Numbered from the stretch's first letter, positions 23,135 to 35,294 are shown. The stretch: 64,000 nt of DNA from Octopus sinensis (GCF_006345805.1 NC_043001.1:101432001-101496000), one strand, 5' to 3'. Translations and numbers: made by a program. Notes: generated from the letters alone by a model not told the origin.

Positions 23135-26100
23135 ATCTAGAATTTTCTTGTTCACTTTTATCTCAGAAATTCTTCCCATTCCTAAAATAAAAAAAAGTGT
23201 GGTTTGGGGTGCAATCAATATCTGATTTGCTATTTCTAGCAGGTTGACAACACCTGAAGGGTTCCTCATTGGCTCATGGAAAACCATACTGTCTCTTTAG
23301 CTTTCTGCTTCCATGGGATGTGACTTATTCTCTATGGCCCAGTGGCTCAGCAGCTCAGAAAGAGGTGTGCAGAGCAAGACGTATTGAAAGCATGTTATGT
23401 TCAAAAAGGAAGGAAACCAATTTGGGTACCACACAGGGTATCCAACATACATGCAGTGATGCTGCATCAGCTGGAACCAGAAACATTTCTTAAGTGTCTT
23501 CATAGTTTTGCTCTATCTTTAAAACATGGTCTTTTAGGCAAGAGCCAATGTAATCAACGTGCAAGAACACAGAGGCAAGAATTTGTTGTTGTATTTTGAT
23601 ATCTTTCTTGTTGCGGTTGCTTTCTGTTTTTGATACAGTATCAATGTTGTTGATGCCATCAGAACTAATTCTGTAGATGCTGGAGCTGCTGCTGCTGTTT
23701 GCTTCAACAGATTCTCATTGACATGTGTGATGGTAGGCTCAGTAGTTTAGTGTCAACAGACATTTGCATTAAAACCGTTTCTAATCGTTTCCTACAAAAC
23801 ACCGATGTTTTATTGACAGCTTTAATTACTCTGTGATGTTGTTACTTAACATTGGTTAAATCTAATTAATTACACTGCACTATCAGGACACTGAAGTATT
23901 CTTAAAGACCATTGCAAAATTTTGCTTGTCTTTTTTATAAAATTTTTATCTTAATTACTTTTTCAACCAATTTCATTAATTACCTTTATCCTGTTAAGTA
24001 TTGGATTCCTACAAATAGATTTATTTTATTTGAGAAATCTGTTTATAATTGACATTGATCTTATGACTTATTGGTGTATTCAAATTGGTTGTTATTCAGT
24101 AAGTGATCCTAGTTAGAATGATTGCCTTTATTTTTTCACCTTTCTTAAATGTAAGTATATGAAAGAAGAAAAGAAAGTGCAGCTAATTACAATGATAATT
24201 TACCGTTTACTTTTGTTAGGAAGGTTGAAGTTTCTACAGCATATTATCGCTACTTATTTGCTTTTCACTTCAATCAAATGAATAACAAAATTAAGCTTGG
24301 AAAAATTATATGTAAAAAATGACACTGGTTGGAATTGAAATAGAAAAGGGAGATGATGCTGGAATTTCTGTATCAATTAATCCGACATTTCTTTATAAGC
24401 TAAGAAACTATTCAAAATATATAACTTCGGCTATTATTCCTGAATGATAGAATGCACACATACACACACAAATACATGCACACACACATACACATACATT
24501 CATACAAAGACACACAGATATAAAGACTTACACACATGTGTGTACATATATGTATGCATATGTGTGTTCCTTTGTTCTCTAATTCCTATTATCTGCAAAA
24601 ATTTTCTGCAATGTAAATGGTGGGGGTGTTTGTTATTCATTGTAAACTATAAGAAATAATGACAATTCTAAGATGTTTAAGGAAGAATCTCCACACATGC
24701 ATACACGGTGCCATATCCAATATTCAAATTTACAAAAACTTTCCAACTCATGAAGCTAACATGATAAATAATAGTAAAACGGTTTTATCAAAATTCTATT
24801 CTAATAAATGTATATTTAAAAACAAAATGATATTTACACAATAGGAACTTTGAACAGGACCATAAATATAACAGTGTGTATCTTAGACATTGGAATTTTG
24901 AGCCTGTAATAATATATACTGGCTTATAGTGTTTTGCCGGAACTGTTAAAGTAAATTTGTTAGCATTGCAACATTGCCATTTGTTATCTTGAATATACAA
25001 TTAGAAACTCGGAGAAGAAACAATTCCATAGAAACTGTTTCAGAAAATATCCTAGAGACAAACTGCCAGTAAGAATCCTCAAGATTAAACTGCTGCTAAT
25101 ATTAAGAATAGCAAACCTCAATTGTAGTTCACAGTTTGCTGCTGTTTATAGTTGTTTTCTTTTTCTTTTCCACTTGTTTTTTTTTTGTTTGCATATAAAT
25201 TTAACTTAACACTTTAACATTGAAGCGTTCATTATGCTAATGGTGTTAGATGTGTTGACGTGTTGCTATAAAAAAAAACAATCGAATGATGAAACTGAGA
25301 ATCCAATGTGAACTCATGTGTGATTCAGCAGGGTTTCCTGTCAACAAGGCTAATTTGAACAAATAGCACTGTCTATATTAACACACATAGATCTGGAGAA
25401 TTTGAATGCTGAAATCAAATTCTCAAAAGAGAAAAACAGAAAAGAAGAACAAAAATGATAATTCTGATTCTTCTCTGGCATTTCCTTTAAATAGCAAAAA
25501 TACATTCACTTAAATTAACGTCAGTGCATGAGCTGAAATTGAACCTCGCATCCTCACAGCTAATAATAATGTCTTCACATAAGAAATATGTTAGAAGTGT
25601 AAACTTCTCGGAAACTAATTGGAAAATACTTTCTCTGTAATAAGCCAGATTCCTGTCATAAATATAAATGACTGTTTTAAGAGTGTATAAAACTCAATTA
25701 AATCCATTTCCAAGACACAAGCTGGATAATAATTTCAAGTAAAGTGGCTAACACTGAGCATTTCATAGTGATTTACGTTATGAAGATATTACAAAGTGCC
25801 ATCAGCTTTATTGTTAAGCTTAAATGAAATTTATATACAACAAAGTTTTCTAATTAGGAAGTTGTTACCATTCCCAGTTAATGTATCAGAGCTGTTTGAA
25901 ATTAACATACTGAACAAATTTCTGTTTTTCTTTTCGGTTCCTCTAGAGTTTTCTGTAATCATTTTTCCTTTTCATTCTTATTTATTTATTTATTTGTTGT
26001 GTTCTTTGTGCTCATTAATATATGAATTTATCGCTGGAATGAGATATGAAAGAATGCTTTCAAATAGATTTACAAAGAACAGAGTCTGTTGAATAAAGTT

Positions 26101-26219
26101 ACTAATTGCAATAAAATCTTTTTGCTAAAATTATTGGTGTACAAGTTTCACGGTTCAAGTGTGAGTTGAGTTGAGTTAGGAAGTGATGAGGAATGAAAGG
26201 AAGTGGTTAATGCATGGAG

Positions 26220-26228
26220 AAGAGGAGA

Positions 26229-26274
<46 letters not shown>

Positions 26275-27720
26275 AGGAGAAGACATACAGAGAGAGACAG
26301 AAGGAGAGAAGATAGATAGAGAGAGAGAGAGAAGGGGAGAAGATAGAGAGGTAGGTATGTGGGTAGGTAGGTAGATAGAGAGAGAGAGAGACAGTGAGAG
26401 AGAGAGACAGAGAGAGAGAAGGAGGAGAAGATAGAGAGAGAGAGACAGAAGGGGAGAAGATAGAGAGGTAGGTATGTAGGTAGGTAGATAGATAAATAGA
26501 TAGATAGAGAGAGAGAGAGAGAAAGAGAGATAGAAGGAGGAGAAGACAGAGAGAGAGAGAGACATAAGGAGAGAAGATAGAGAGAGAGAGAAGATAGAGA
26601 GAGAGAGAAGGGGAGAAGATAGAGAGGTAGGTATGTAGGTAGGTAGGTAGATATATAGATAGATAGACAGATAGAGAGAGAGAGAGAGAAGGAAGAGAAG
26701 ACAGAGAGAGAGAGACAGAAGGGGAGAAGATAGAGATGTAGGTATGTGGGTAGGTAGGTAGATACATAGATAGATAGAGAGAGAGAGCGACAGACAGACA
26801 GACAGACAGAAAGGGGAGAAGATAGAGAGGTAGGTAGATAGATAGACTGATAGAGAGAGAGAGAGAGAGAGAGAAAGAGATAGAGAGACAGAAGGGGGAG
26901 AAGATAGAGAGGTAGGTAGATAGATAGACAGATAGAGAGAGAGAAAGAGAATGGTATTGAGGTGACAGAAGAAAAGACAAAAGAGTAAAAAGAGAGAGAG
27001 GGGAGATTGATAGAGAGAAAGAGAAAGAGAGACAGAGGATGGGAGAAGATAGAAGGGTAGGTAGATAGAGGGACAGATAGATAGAGAAAGAGAGAGTGTG
27101 AGAGAGAGAATGGGATTGGGTTGACAGATGGAAGAAAAAACAGGAGTAAATAGAGAGAGCGGGGGGAAGATAGATAGATGAATAGAGAGAGGAAGAGGAA
27201 GGGAGAGAGAGAGGAAGAGTAAGAGAGAGAGAGAGAGAGGAAGAGAAAGAGAAAGAGAAAAGGGAGAAAGAGAGAAAGAGAGAGATTGAGAAGAGAAGGG
27301 GAGAAGATAGATAGAGAGAGAAAGAGAAAGTGTGAGAGAGAGAAAAACATATACAGAGAACAAAGGTGGAAGACACAGGGAGTGAGAGAGAGAGAAAGGG
27401 GTAAAGAGCAAAAAAGAGAGAGAAAGAGAAATTGACAGATAGAAAGAAAATGAGACAGGGAGAGGAAGATAGAAAGACAGATATATAGAGATGAAAATAG
27501 AGAGAGTGAGAGAGATAAAGAGAATGGAACTGAGTTGACAAACAGAAGAAAAGATGAAAGAGTAAATAGAGAGAGAGACAGAGAGAGACAGAGAGAGAGA
27601 GGGACAGAGAGAGACAGACAGGGAGAGAGAGACAAAGTGAAAGAGACAGGCAGAGACAGACAGAGAGACGGAGACAGAGAGAGAGAGACAGAGAGAGAGA
27701 CAGAGAGAGAGAGACAGACA
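26220..27720 (+). repeat. ~1.5-kb polypurine (AG)-rich compound satellite with higher-order unit
   Basis: Repeated GGGAGAAGATAGAGAGGTAGGTATGTAGGTAGGTAGATAGAT(AG)n blocks. Confidence 0.95.
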
Positions 27721-27944
27721 GGTTATTCAAAGTAAATAAGTTATTCCATCCACTGACATAACCGTGTGGTAAGAAATCAACTTGCAAATGACTTGAATGA
27801 GAGTTCACTCCCACAACAGGGTATCAAAAGGATGCGTCATCTACGGCAGCCACAGATTTATTAATACTTTGGATGTGGAATTTAGTTGACAGTAACTATG
27901 AGCAGACACCCATTATATCAATATATACACATACACATACAGAT

Positions 27945-27945
27945 T

Positions 27946-28001
<56 letters not shown>

Positions 28002-28041
28002 GAATAAATATGAATATATATATATATAAATATAAATATAA

Positions 28042-28096
<55 letters not shown>

Positions 28097-28111
28097 ATAT
28101 ATATATGTATG

Positions 28112-28155
<44 letters not shown>
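27945..28155. repeat. (TA)n array
   Basis: Direct reading. Confidence 0.95.
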
Positions 28156-28160
<5 letters not shown>

Positions 28161-28198
28161 GGCAGCTGTTTGCAATATTATCCCATAAGGAAAATTAC

Positions 28199-28400
28199 AG
28201 TCATCAACTAAACTTGTCTAAGGATGTAAATAATACCTACATTGCTAGAAATAGGCACTAAAGTGCTCCAATGTTGTTACAAAGCACATAACATATACTC
28301 TGATAGGGGTTGCAATGGCCCCGAACACCGAACCCTTAGACTGAACATAACAGTGTAGGTGTTATTTGCACTCTTAGTCAAGTTTAGTTGACTACGACTA
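28199..28400. mobile_element. (TA)n-flanked element with ~45-bp inverted ends
   Basis: TCAACTAAACTTGTCTAAGGATGTAAATAATACCTACA versus TGTAGGTGTTATTTGCACTCTTAGTCAAGTTTAGTTGA. Confidence 0.7.
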
Positions 28401-28625
28401 TAATTATATATATATATGTGTGTGTGTGTTTGTGTGTGTGTGTGCATGTGTGTATAAACATATATATATATTCAGAATTTAGGTTAGCTAAAATATGTTT
28501 GTCACATATTTCAACTGCAAAAGGCAAATACACTGCAGTTACCATGGAGAAAAATTCTCTCTTATGATAAAAAGGTGTGAAAACACGCAGTTCGTTCAGT
28601 GTCGCCATCTGTTAGGAATCCTAGA

Positions 28626-28843
28626 CATCGATGTTTCGAGTTTCTGTCTTTTGTCAATGAGATGTACCTAAGAGAGAGAACTCTGAATGAACTTATTTGC
28701 TCCGATCAGATGACCTACTAACACAAATATGTCAACATATTGACTGAGTTATATATAAAGTTACAGCTTTATTAAGTTCATTCAGAGTTGTCTCTCTTAG
28801 GAACATCTCATTGACAAGAGTCAAAAAACTCAAAACATCAATG
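28626..28843. mobile_element. Fold-back element with ~70-bp inverted arms
   Basis: CATCGATGTTTCGAG...CTCTGAATGAACTTA / TAAGTTCATTCAGAG...CTCAAAACATCAATG. Confidence 0.85.
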
Positions 28844-29139
28844 CATTTGTATATATATGCATATATATATATATATATATATAAATAAGGGTGAAAAGTT
28901 GGATATTAATTTAATAATACCATCAATTTAACACCAAGTGGCTTAGCGCATAAAAACCAAGGGATACAATAAAAATTTATATACACATATATAAGAGAGT
29001 GACCACTATATGGTCGACTCTAGCGCTAAAAATAGATCCGCTATGGTATTAGCCACTAAAAAATTGTTTCCAAGGAAAGTCAGCTCAACATTTAACATAA
29101 ATGGGCAGGGCATATGAAAAATAACAAAAAATATAGATT

Positions 29140-29215
29140 AACTCTGGACAATTGTTTCGCTATTAATGTATATGCAATTTTACTTACACAACATCCATAG
29201 GTCATCAGCAGAATT
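29140..29215 (-). ncRNA. Type I hammerhead ribozyme-like motif
   Basis: Reverse complement reads AATTCTG-CTGATGA-CCTAT...ATAGC-GAAA-CAATTG-TC-CAGAGTT. Confidence 0.65.
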
Positions 29216-29690
29216 TGTCTAGAATACAATTTATTAAACCGCACACTGAATTTTAACACAACGTCAAACACACGTGTGGTTTAATCGATTATATTCGAAG
29301 TTATGATTCAAACTCCCTCGCTTAAAGCGCGCTAAAGACTTCCGGAAACAAATACTGCATAAAAGATTTACTGCAGTATAATTAAAATCAAAAAATAAGG
29401 GTGAAAATTTGGATATTAATTTAATAATACCATCAATTTAACACCAAGTGACTTAGCGCATAAAAACCAGGGATACAATAAAATTTATATTCACATATAT
29501 AAGAGAGTGACTACTATATGGTCGAATCTAGCGCTAAAAGTAGATCCGCTATGGTATTTGTTTCTGGAAGTCTTTAGCCTGCTTTTAGCGAGGGAGTTTG
29601 AATCATAACTTCAAATATAATCGATTAAACCACACGTGTGTTTGACGTGTTAAAATTCAGCGTGCAGTTTGATAAATTGTATTCTAGACA

Positions 29691-29766
29691 AATTCTGCTG
29701 ATGACCTATGGATGTTTTGTAAGTAAAATTGCATATACATTAATAGCGAAACAATTGTCCAGAGTT
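29691..29766 (+). ncRNA. Type I hammerhead ribozyme-like motif
   Basis: Stem I AATTCTG/CAGAGTT (7 bp, one G-U), CTGATGA 29698-29704, GAAA 29748-29751, palindromic stem III ACAATTGT, GUC site at 29757-29759; C-C mismatch at the first stem II pair. Confidence 0.65.
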
Positions 29767-29924
29767 AATCTATATTTTTTGTTATTTTTCATATGCCCTG
29801 CCCATTTATGTTAAATGTTGAGCTGACTTTCCTTGGAAACAATTTTTTAGTGGCTAATACCATAGCGGATCTATTTTTAGCGCTAGAGTCGACCATATAG
29901 TGGTCACTCTCTTATATATGTGTG

Positions 29925-30115
<191 letters not shown>

Positions 30116-30166
30116 CATATGCTTGGAAATGGATGTGTGGTGTTCGATCATATAATAATATAGATA

Positions 30167-30328
30167 ATATATATGTAGGTATGTACATATATGTATGTAT
30201 GTATATCTGCATATATTATCATCACCTTCATCATCATCATCGTTTAATGTCCGCTGCTGCTGATGATGATGATGATAATATATGCAGATATACATACATA
30301 CATATATGTACATACCTACATATATATA
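30167..30328. repeat. Inverted duplication (~57-bp arms) around a ~25-nt RTE tail stub
   Basis: ATATGTAGGTATGTACATATATG...TATTATCATCA / TGATGATAATA...CATACCTACATAT with central CATCATCGTTTAATGTCCGC. Confidence 0.85.
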
Positions 30329-30364
30329 TATAATATATATATATATATACATGCAGATATGGGT

Positions 30365-30720
30365 ACAGGACATCAAAAAAATGTAAACAGAAAGAGAAAT
30401 GAGAACATAAAAAAACATATGAAGCAAACTTTTTTTCGAACAACGAAAGAAACAAATAGAGAAACGAGACAGACAACATAAAGACTATTCCCCTTCATCA
30501 GTTGTCCCCTGTTTTATCTACTCTGGTAGATAAAGGTAGGGGCAAGACACGGCTTCATTAAAATAGTCCTTCTCACAAAGCAAATTAAATAAAATCAGGG
30601 ATTTTTTGTGGAGGGTTAAAGTGGTAACAAAAACAGGAGAGTAAGAACAAACGGTGAGGGCTGTTAAGCCAAGACGATGTGAAGTGGTGAAGGGTGCGAT
30701 GGGTAAATTGTCACCATTTC
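30365..30720. mobile_element. Interspersed repeat fragment, unclassified
   Basis: (TA)n-adjacent element recalled as a cephalopod dispersed repeat; contains CTGATGA on the minus strand. Confidence 0.35.
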
Positions 30721-30849
30721 ATATTTTGAATTTTACACATGCACAATGTTTGCTTTTGATTTTGTCAACTACACAGTATGGTAGGGTCAGTTGGGCACTG
30801 TTGGTGAGATAAACAGCATCATGATGCAATTAATTCTGCCAGAGATTTG

Positions 30850-31120
30850 GAAACAACATACTGTACTGTTTGTCATTCATGCCAGAAGCTCCAATAGAAA
30901 CAGATAGGGAACAGTCTGAACAACCATTGGCTTGCTGTGTCCCCAAAATATGTGATAAAAATCAAACATTCAATCAACATCATGGTGTTTGGAGCGATCA
31001 CTAATGATGACAATGTTATGCCTCCATTCATCTTTCCACAAGGCCTCAGACTCAACATCATGTACAGTGTGGAGGTAGTGCTGTCTTGGATCAAGAGGGA
31101 AATCCACAACACCATCTCTG
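30850..31120 (+). mobile_element. Tc1/mariner-superfamily transposase fragment (maT/DD37D-like)
   Basis: NNHWLAVSPK...IMVFGAITNDDNVMPPFIFPQGLRLN...VEVVLSWIKR matches the VMVFG...VMPP.IFP.GLRLN segment. Confidence 0.75.
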
Positions 31121-31299
31121 CGGTCTATGCGACATGGAGAGATGGCTTATCTGGAAAAGCAGCTTAGACCCTACTACATGTCTAAACACAAGGACAGAGC
31201 TTTTCGGATCATGCCCACATGTGACTAAATTTCTGTTACGTTTTTGGTCCCCTAAAGAAAACAGATAGAACATGCTTTCTATGTTATGTCCCAAGAAGA

Positions 31300-31625
31300 T
31301 TTTATATATTTTTTATATATTTTTTATATATTTTTTATGTATTTTTATATAATTTTTATGACGAAAAATGCGAGCGATGTATAAGTACGCGGGCAAGCAG
31401 AGTTATAACAGAGTAATTTCCCTTTGTTTAACGGTATTTTTTCATAGCGTTTTCAAATAGCCAGATAACCGAAGAGATGGTGTTGTGGATTTCCACTTCG
31501 GCATTTGAAACTCAGAGTTTTATCTTGACTATCGAGTAATGTAACATATTGTATAGATAAATTTCCTCTAGTTACATAATATTGAGGTCTCTTTCTTTCT
31601 TTTGTTATCTTACCGTTTTATCAAT
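31300..31625 (+). mobile_element. (TA)n-flanked non-autonomous element with decayed hammerhead motif
   Basis: AGATAA-CCGAAGA-GATG...GTGGATTTCCAC...CATTT-GAAA-CTCAGAG-TT-TTATCT at 31463-31525. Confidence 0.55.
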
Positions 31626-31638
31626 ATATATATATTTT

Positions 31639-31688
<50 letters not shown>

Positions 31689-31706
31689 TATATATATATA
31701 CATATT

Positions 31707-31744
<38 letters not shown>

Positions 31745-31747
<3 letters not shown>

Positions 31748-31913
31748 ACGGGCTCCTTTTCAGTTTCTGTCTACCAAATCCACACACAAGGCTTTGGTCA
31801 ACCCAAGGTTATAGTAGAAGACACCTGCGCAAGGTGCCACGCAGTAGGATTGAACCCAGAGCCATGTGGTTGGGAAGCAAGCTTCTAACCACACAGCCAT
31901 GCCTGCACCTATA
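31745..31913 (-). mobile_element. tRNA-derived SINE (GGAAACTGAAAGAAGCC family)
   Basis: Reverse complement of the 6743-6900 type. Confidence 0.8.
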
Positions 31914-32577
31914 TTGTTAATAATATTTACTTAAAACATTGCTTGAACAACAATAGAATTTTATGAGTTCAGTTCTTGGTGATATTGCACGAAGTTTAAG
32001 CTGTGTGAAATACACCCTTGACAGCCAGAAATGAAATGGAAAATGCAAGCTTGACAAACTATTTTTGCACCTGTCTGTCATAAGGTTTTTTTTCAAAAAA
32101 GAATGTAAAGATTAGTGTGATAAATGAAATGGTTTGGAACTGATTGAAATGCCATAGACATGGATATTAAAAGGATGGGAAGAAAGATGATGTATGATAG
32201 AATTCTTCTATGATTTGAATTAAAATTCTGCTGTTGGGATTAATACAATAAATACCAACAATATATTGAGCTAAAAGAAATCAACAATTTTGTATCATTC
32301 AGAAATTGGTCTCATCCTTAATCTAAAAGTAAAAAAAAATATCAAACTAGTTGTTGGAGTAGAATTATATCAGTTAAATGACTAATGCTCATGGGAAAGG
32401 CATGAATATATGGTAAGTTCCTTATTTTAGCTTTTTTTTTTTTTATTTGCAAAGAAGTTTAAGATTTCGTCTTTGTGTAATAAAACAGAATTTATGTTTT
32501 AGTTCTTTCAATCATTGAACTGCAACCATACTGGAGCACTGCCTTGAAGGATCTTGTCAAACAATTGTGTGTGTGCA

Positions 32578-32613
<36 letters not shown>

Positions 32614-32621
32614 TGTGTGTG

Positions 32622-32860
32622 TCGTCATCATCATCATCATCATCATCATTTAATGTCTGTCTTCCATGATAGTATGGGTTGGTCAGCTTCACAGGAACTG
32701 GCCAGACCAGGAGCTGCACTAGATTCCATTGTCTGTTTTGGCAATGTTTTCTACAGTTGGATACCCTTCCTAATGCCAACCATTTTACAGAGTGTGCTGG
32801 ATGCTTTCTACATAGTGTCAGCACCACCTATGCTAATGCTTGCTACATGGCACCAGTACC
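32622..32860 (-). mobile_element. RTE LINE 3' UTR copy
   Basis: Common tail motifs reversed. Confidence 0.75.
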
Positions 32861-32904
32861 CACAACAATACTTTTCATGTGACACTTTGGTTTTAAGATA
32901 TCAC

Positions 32905-33338
32905 TGTTGTTATGGTGGACAGGTCGTCTTGGATACAACAAAATCAAATTCGATGACTGGCATCCATGCTAGCAGGGTGCAAAGAGCACCATACGAGTGT
33001 GATCGTTGACAGAGTGGCTAATCGGCTTCTGTGCCGGTGGCACATAAAAGGCACCATTCAAGTGTGACCATTACCAGCACTGCCTTACTGGCACCTGTGC
33101 CGGTGGCATGTGTAAACAGATTCGAGCGAGGTCATTGCCAGTACCGCCTAACTGGCCCCCAAAGCACCCCCTACACTCTCGGAGTGGTTGGCGTTAGGAA
33201 GGGCATCCAGCTGTAGAAACTCTGCCAGATCAAGATTGGAGCCTGGTGCAGCCATCTGGTTCGCCAGCCCTCAGTCAAAATCATCCAACCCATGCTAGCA
33301 TGGAAAGCGGACGTTAAACGATGATGATGATGATGATG
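32905..33338 (+). mobile_element. RTE LINE 3' UTR copy (well preserved)
   Basis: Tail nearly identical to 4800-4968. Confidence 0.85.
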
Positions 33339-33339
33339 A

Positions 33340-33500
33340 ATGTGTCATGCCTCTTTGTCCTCCATCATCTTCTTTGTAAGGCTCAACGCTTTAAGATTGG
33401 TCTTTAACACTTCGTCCCGTGTCTTTTTGCATCTCTCTCTTTCACAACTTCCCTCCACTTCAAGTGTTTCAGTTTCTTTCATTTTCCATCTCCTAAATCC
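33340..33500 (-). mobile_element. RTE ORF C-terminal fragment
   Basis: LEVEGSCERERCKKTRDEVLKTNLKALSLTKKMMEDK resembles VEGTCGRGRPRKTWDEV. Confidence 0.7.
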
Positions 33501-33625
33501 TTTTGTCTCATTCAGAAATTGGCCCAGGCCTATAGTATTATACACTTGTCCGGGGTGCCATACAGTGAGACTGAACCTAAAACCATGTAGTCGGGAAGCA
33601 AATTTCTTACCACACAGCCACACCT
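33500..33625 (-). mobile_element. tRNA-derived SINE 5' part (GGAAACTGAAAGAAGCC family)
   Basis: Reverse complement reads GTGTGGCTGTGTGGTAAGAAATTTGCTTCCC. Confidence 0.65.
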
Positions 33626-34779
33626 CATCATGACTTGAGGTTTCACCATCATTTGATAACTTGAGAGAAACTTTCACACAAAAGAAGATTAATTTATGCA
33701 TAACATGTAGCAGTGTCTTATCACTGTCTACCAATTCTCTTGAGCATGTAGACATAATATATTTTGCATGTTTGAGTTCTACAGAATTCTATTCTAGAGA
33801 GTTAACCCATTGCCTGAAACTTCTGTCTCTTAAAGAGAGACATTTTCCATGTGGGCTGAGATGAAATTGGCTTTGAGATCTAATGAAACATTCGACAATT
33901 CATCAGTGCTCTTATTCTAACAGGGAAGGTGAGTGGTCGAGTGGTTAGGATGTTGCACCCACAGTCACTAGACCATGGGTTCAATTCCTGCACTTGGTGG
34001 TGCATTTTTTCTTGACAAATATGTAATGAAGAGACACAGGTGTGAATGAGTGGTAAGAAGCTTGCTTCCCAGATGGTTCTGGGTTCAGTCCCATTGCATG
34101 GAAACCTCAGCCCTTCATTTCACACTTCTCTGCTGGTGTGAGAGTGACAGAATCATTGGGGCATTGGTAGAAATGTTTTTATGGTATAACTTTCAGCTCT
34201 CTACATTCTGAGTTCAAATCCCACCTTCCTGGTGAAACCAACATGAAACCACTCTGGGATTCATTCCAACCCTGATGGTGACAGAGGAGGGTATAGACCC
34301 TCCCAGATCATATAGAGAGTGCTGGAGAAGCTTAACATGCATAGCATCTTCCTAAGGACAGACCATTGATAGACTAGCGATTGCTCCCACTGCCTACACT
34401 AGCAAAATATACCCTTTGTAGCCCAGCAGAGTCAACAGTTGAAGGCTTACTCTCTTAGTCATACATTCACGCTGATGGGGGGTGGGGGCTAAATATGAAC
34501 CGTTGACCTTTCAACAGATTCTCCCTATTATGACGAATCCATCGTAATTGCTTTCTTTTATCTTCTAGACTTTGCAATTCTCAATCGTTTTTATTTTTCC
34601 ATGTGATATAATGGCCCCATTCACTTCATTTTGCCTGGGGCCAATTTTGAAATTGATAATACTTAAATAAATAAATAAATAAATAATCAAAAACAAAATT
34701 TGAAAGGAAAGGCTATTAAATGCAGAACTATAATGAGAAACATTACACATTATACAGCAAACTTTGACTTCAGTTGTCT

Positions 34780-34990
<211 letters not shown>

Positions 34991-35227
34991 TTACCACTAG
35001 CCACTACAGCTGTGTAAGTAATGTTCCATCAATTAGCCATGTATAGTTTAACCTAGTACAGCATTAATAATATTACATTAACTATGCACATATAAATCAG
35101 ACAATTAAACATATCAGAATATAGAATATTGGTTACTTTCATTAATTTCATTTACATGAGAATTCCTTCCCACCTTTGCATGCGCAGAACATCATACATA
35201 GAAACAGGCAAACATACCTAAACACAT

Positions 35228-35294
<67 letters not shown>

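Larger units (their letters stand above)
28883..29924. mobile_element. Penelope-like/retrozyme-like non-autonomous element: 510-bp monomer in partial tandem plus inverted copy
   Basis: Direct repeats 28883-29050 and 29393-29558; inverted arms 28983-29355 and 29554-29924; hammerhead motif in each arm; (TA)n on both flanks. Confidence 0.8.

Noticed and set aside
23269-23720. Overlapping short ORFs in non-repetitive sequence
   Set aside because: Stops in all frames across the block and no identifiable family.
26148-27814. 411-535-aa S/L-rich ORFs
   Set aside because: Arise from the pyrimidine strand of the (AG) satellite, which lacks stop codons.
30472-30506. GACAA-CTGATGA-stem-ATG-TTGTC on the minus strand
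   Set aside because: Stem I and CUGAUGA are present but GAAA and stem III are missing, so it is not a hammerhead as it stands.
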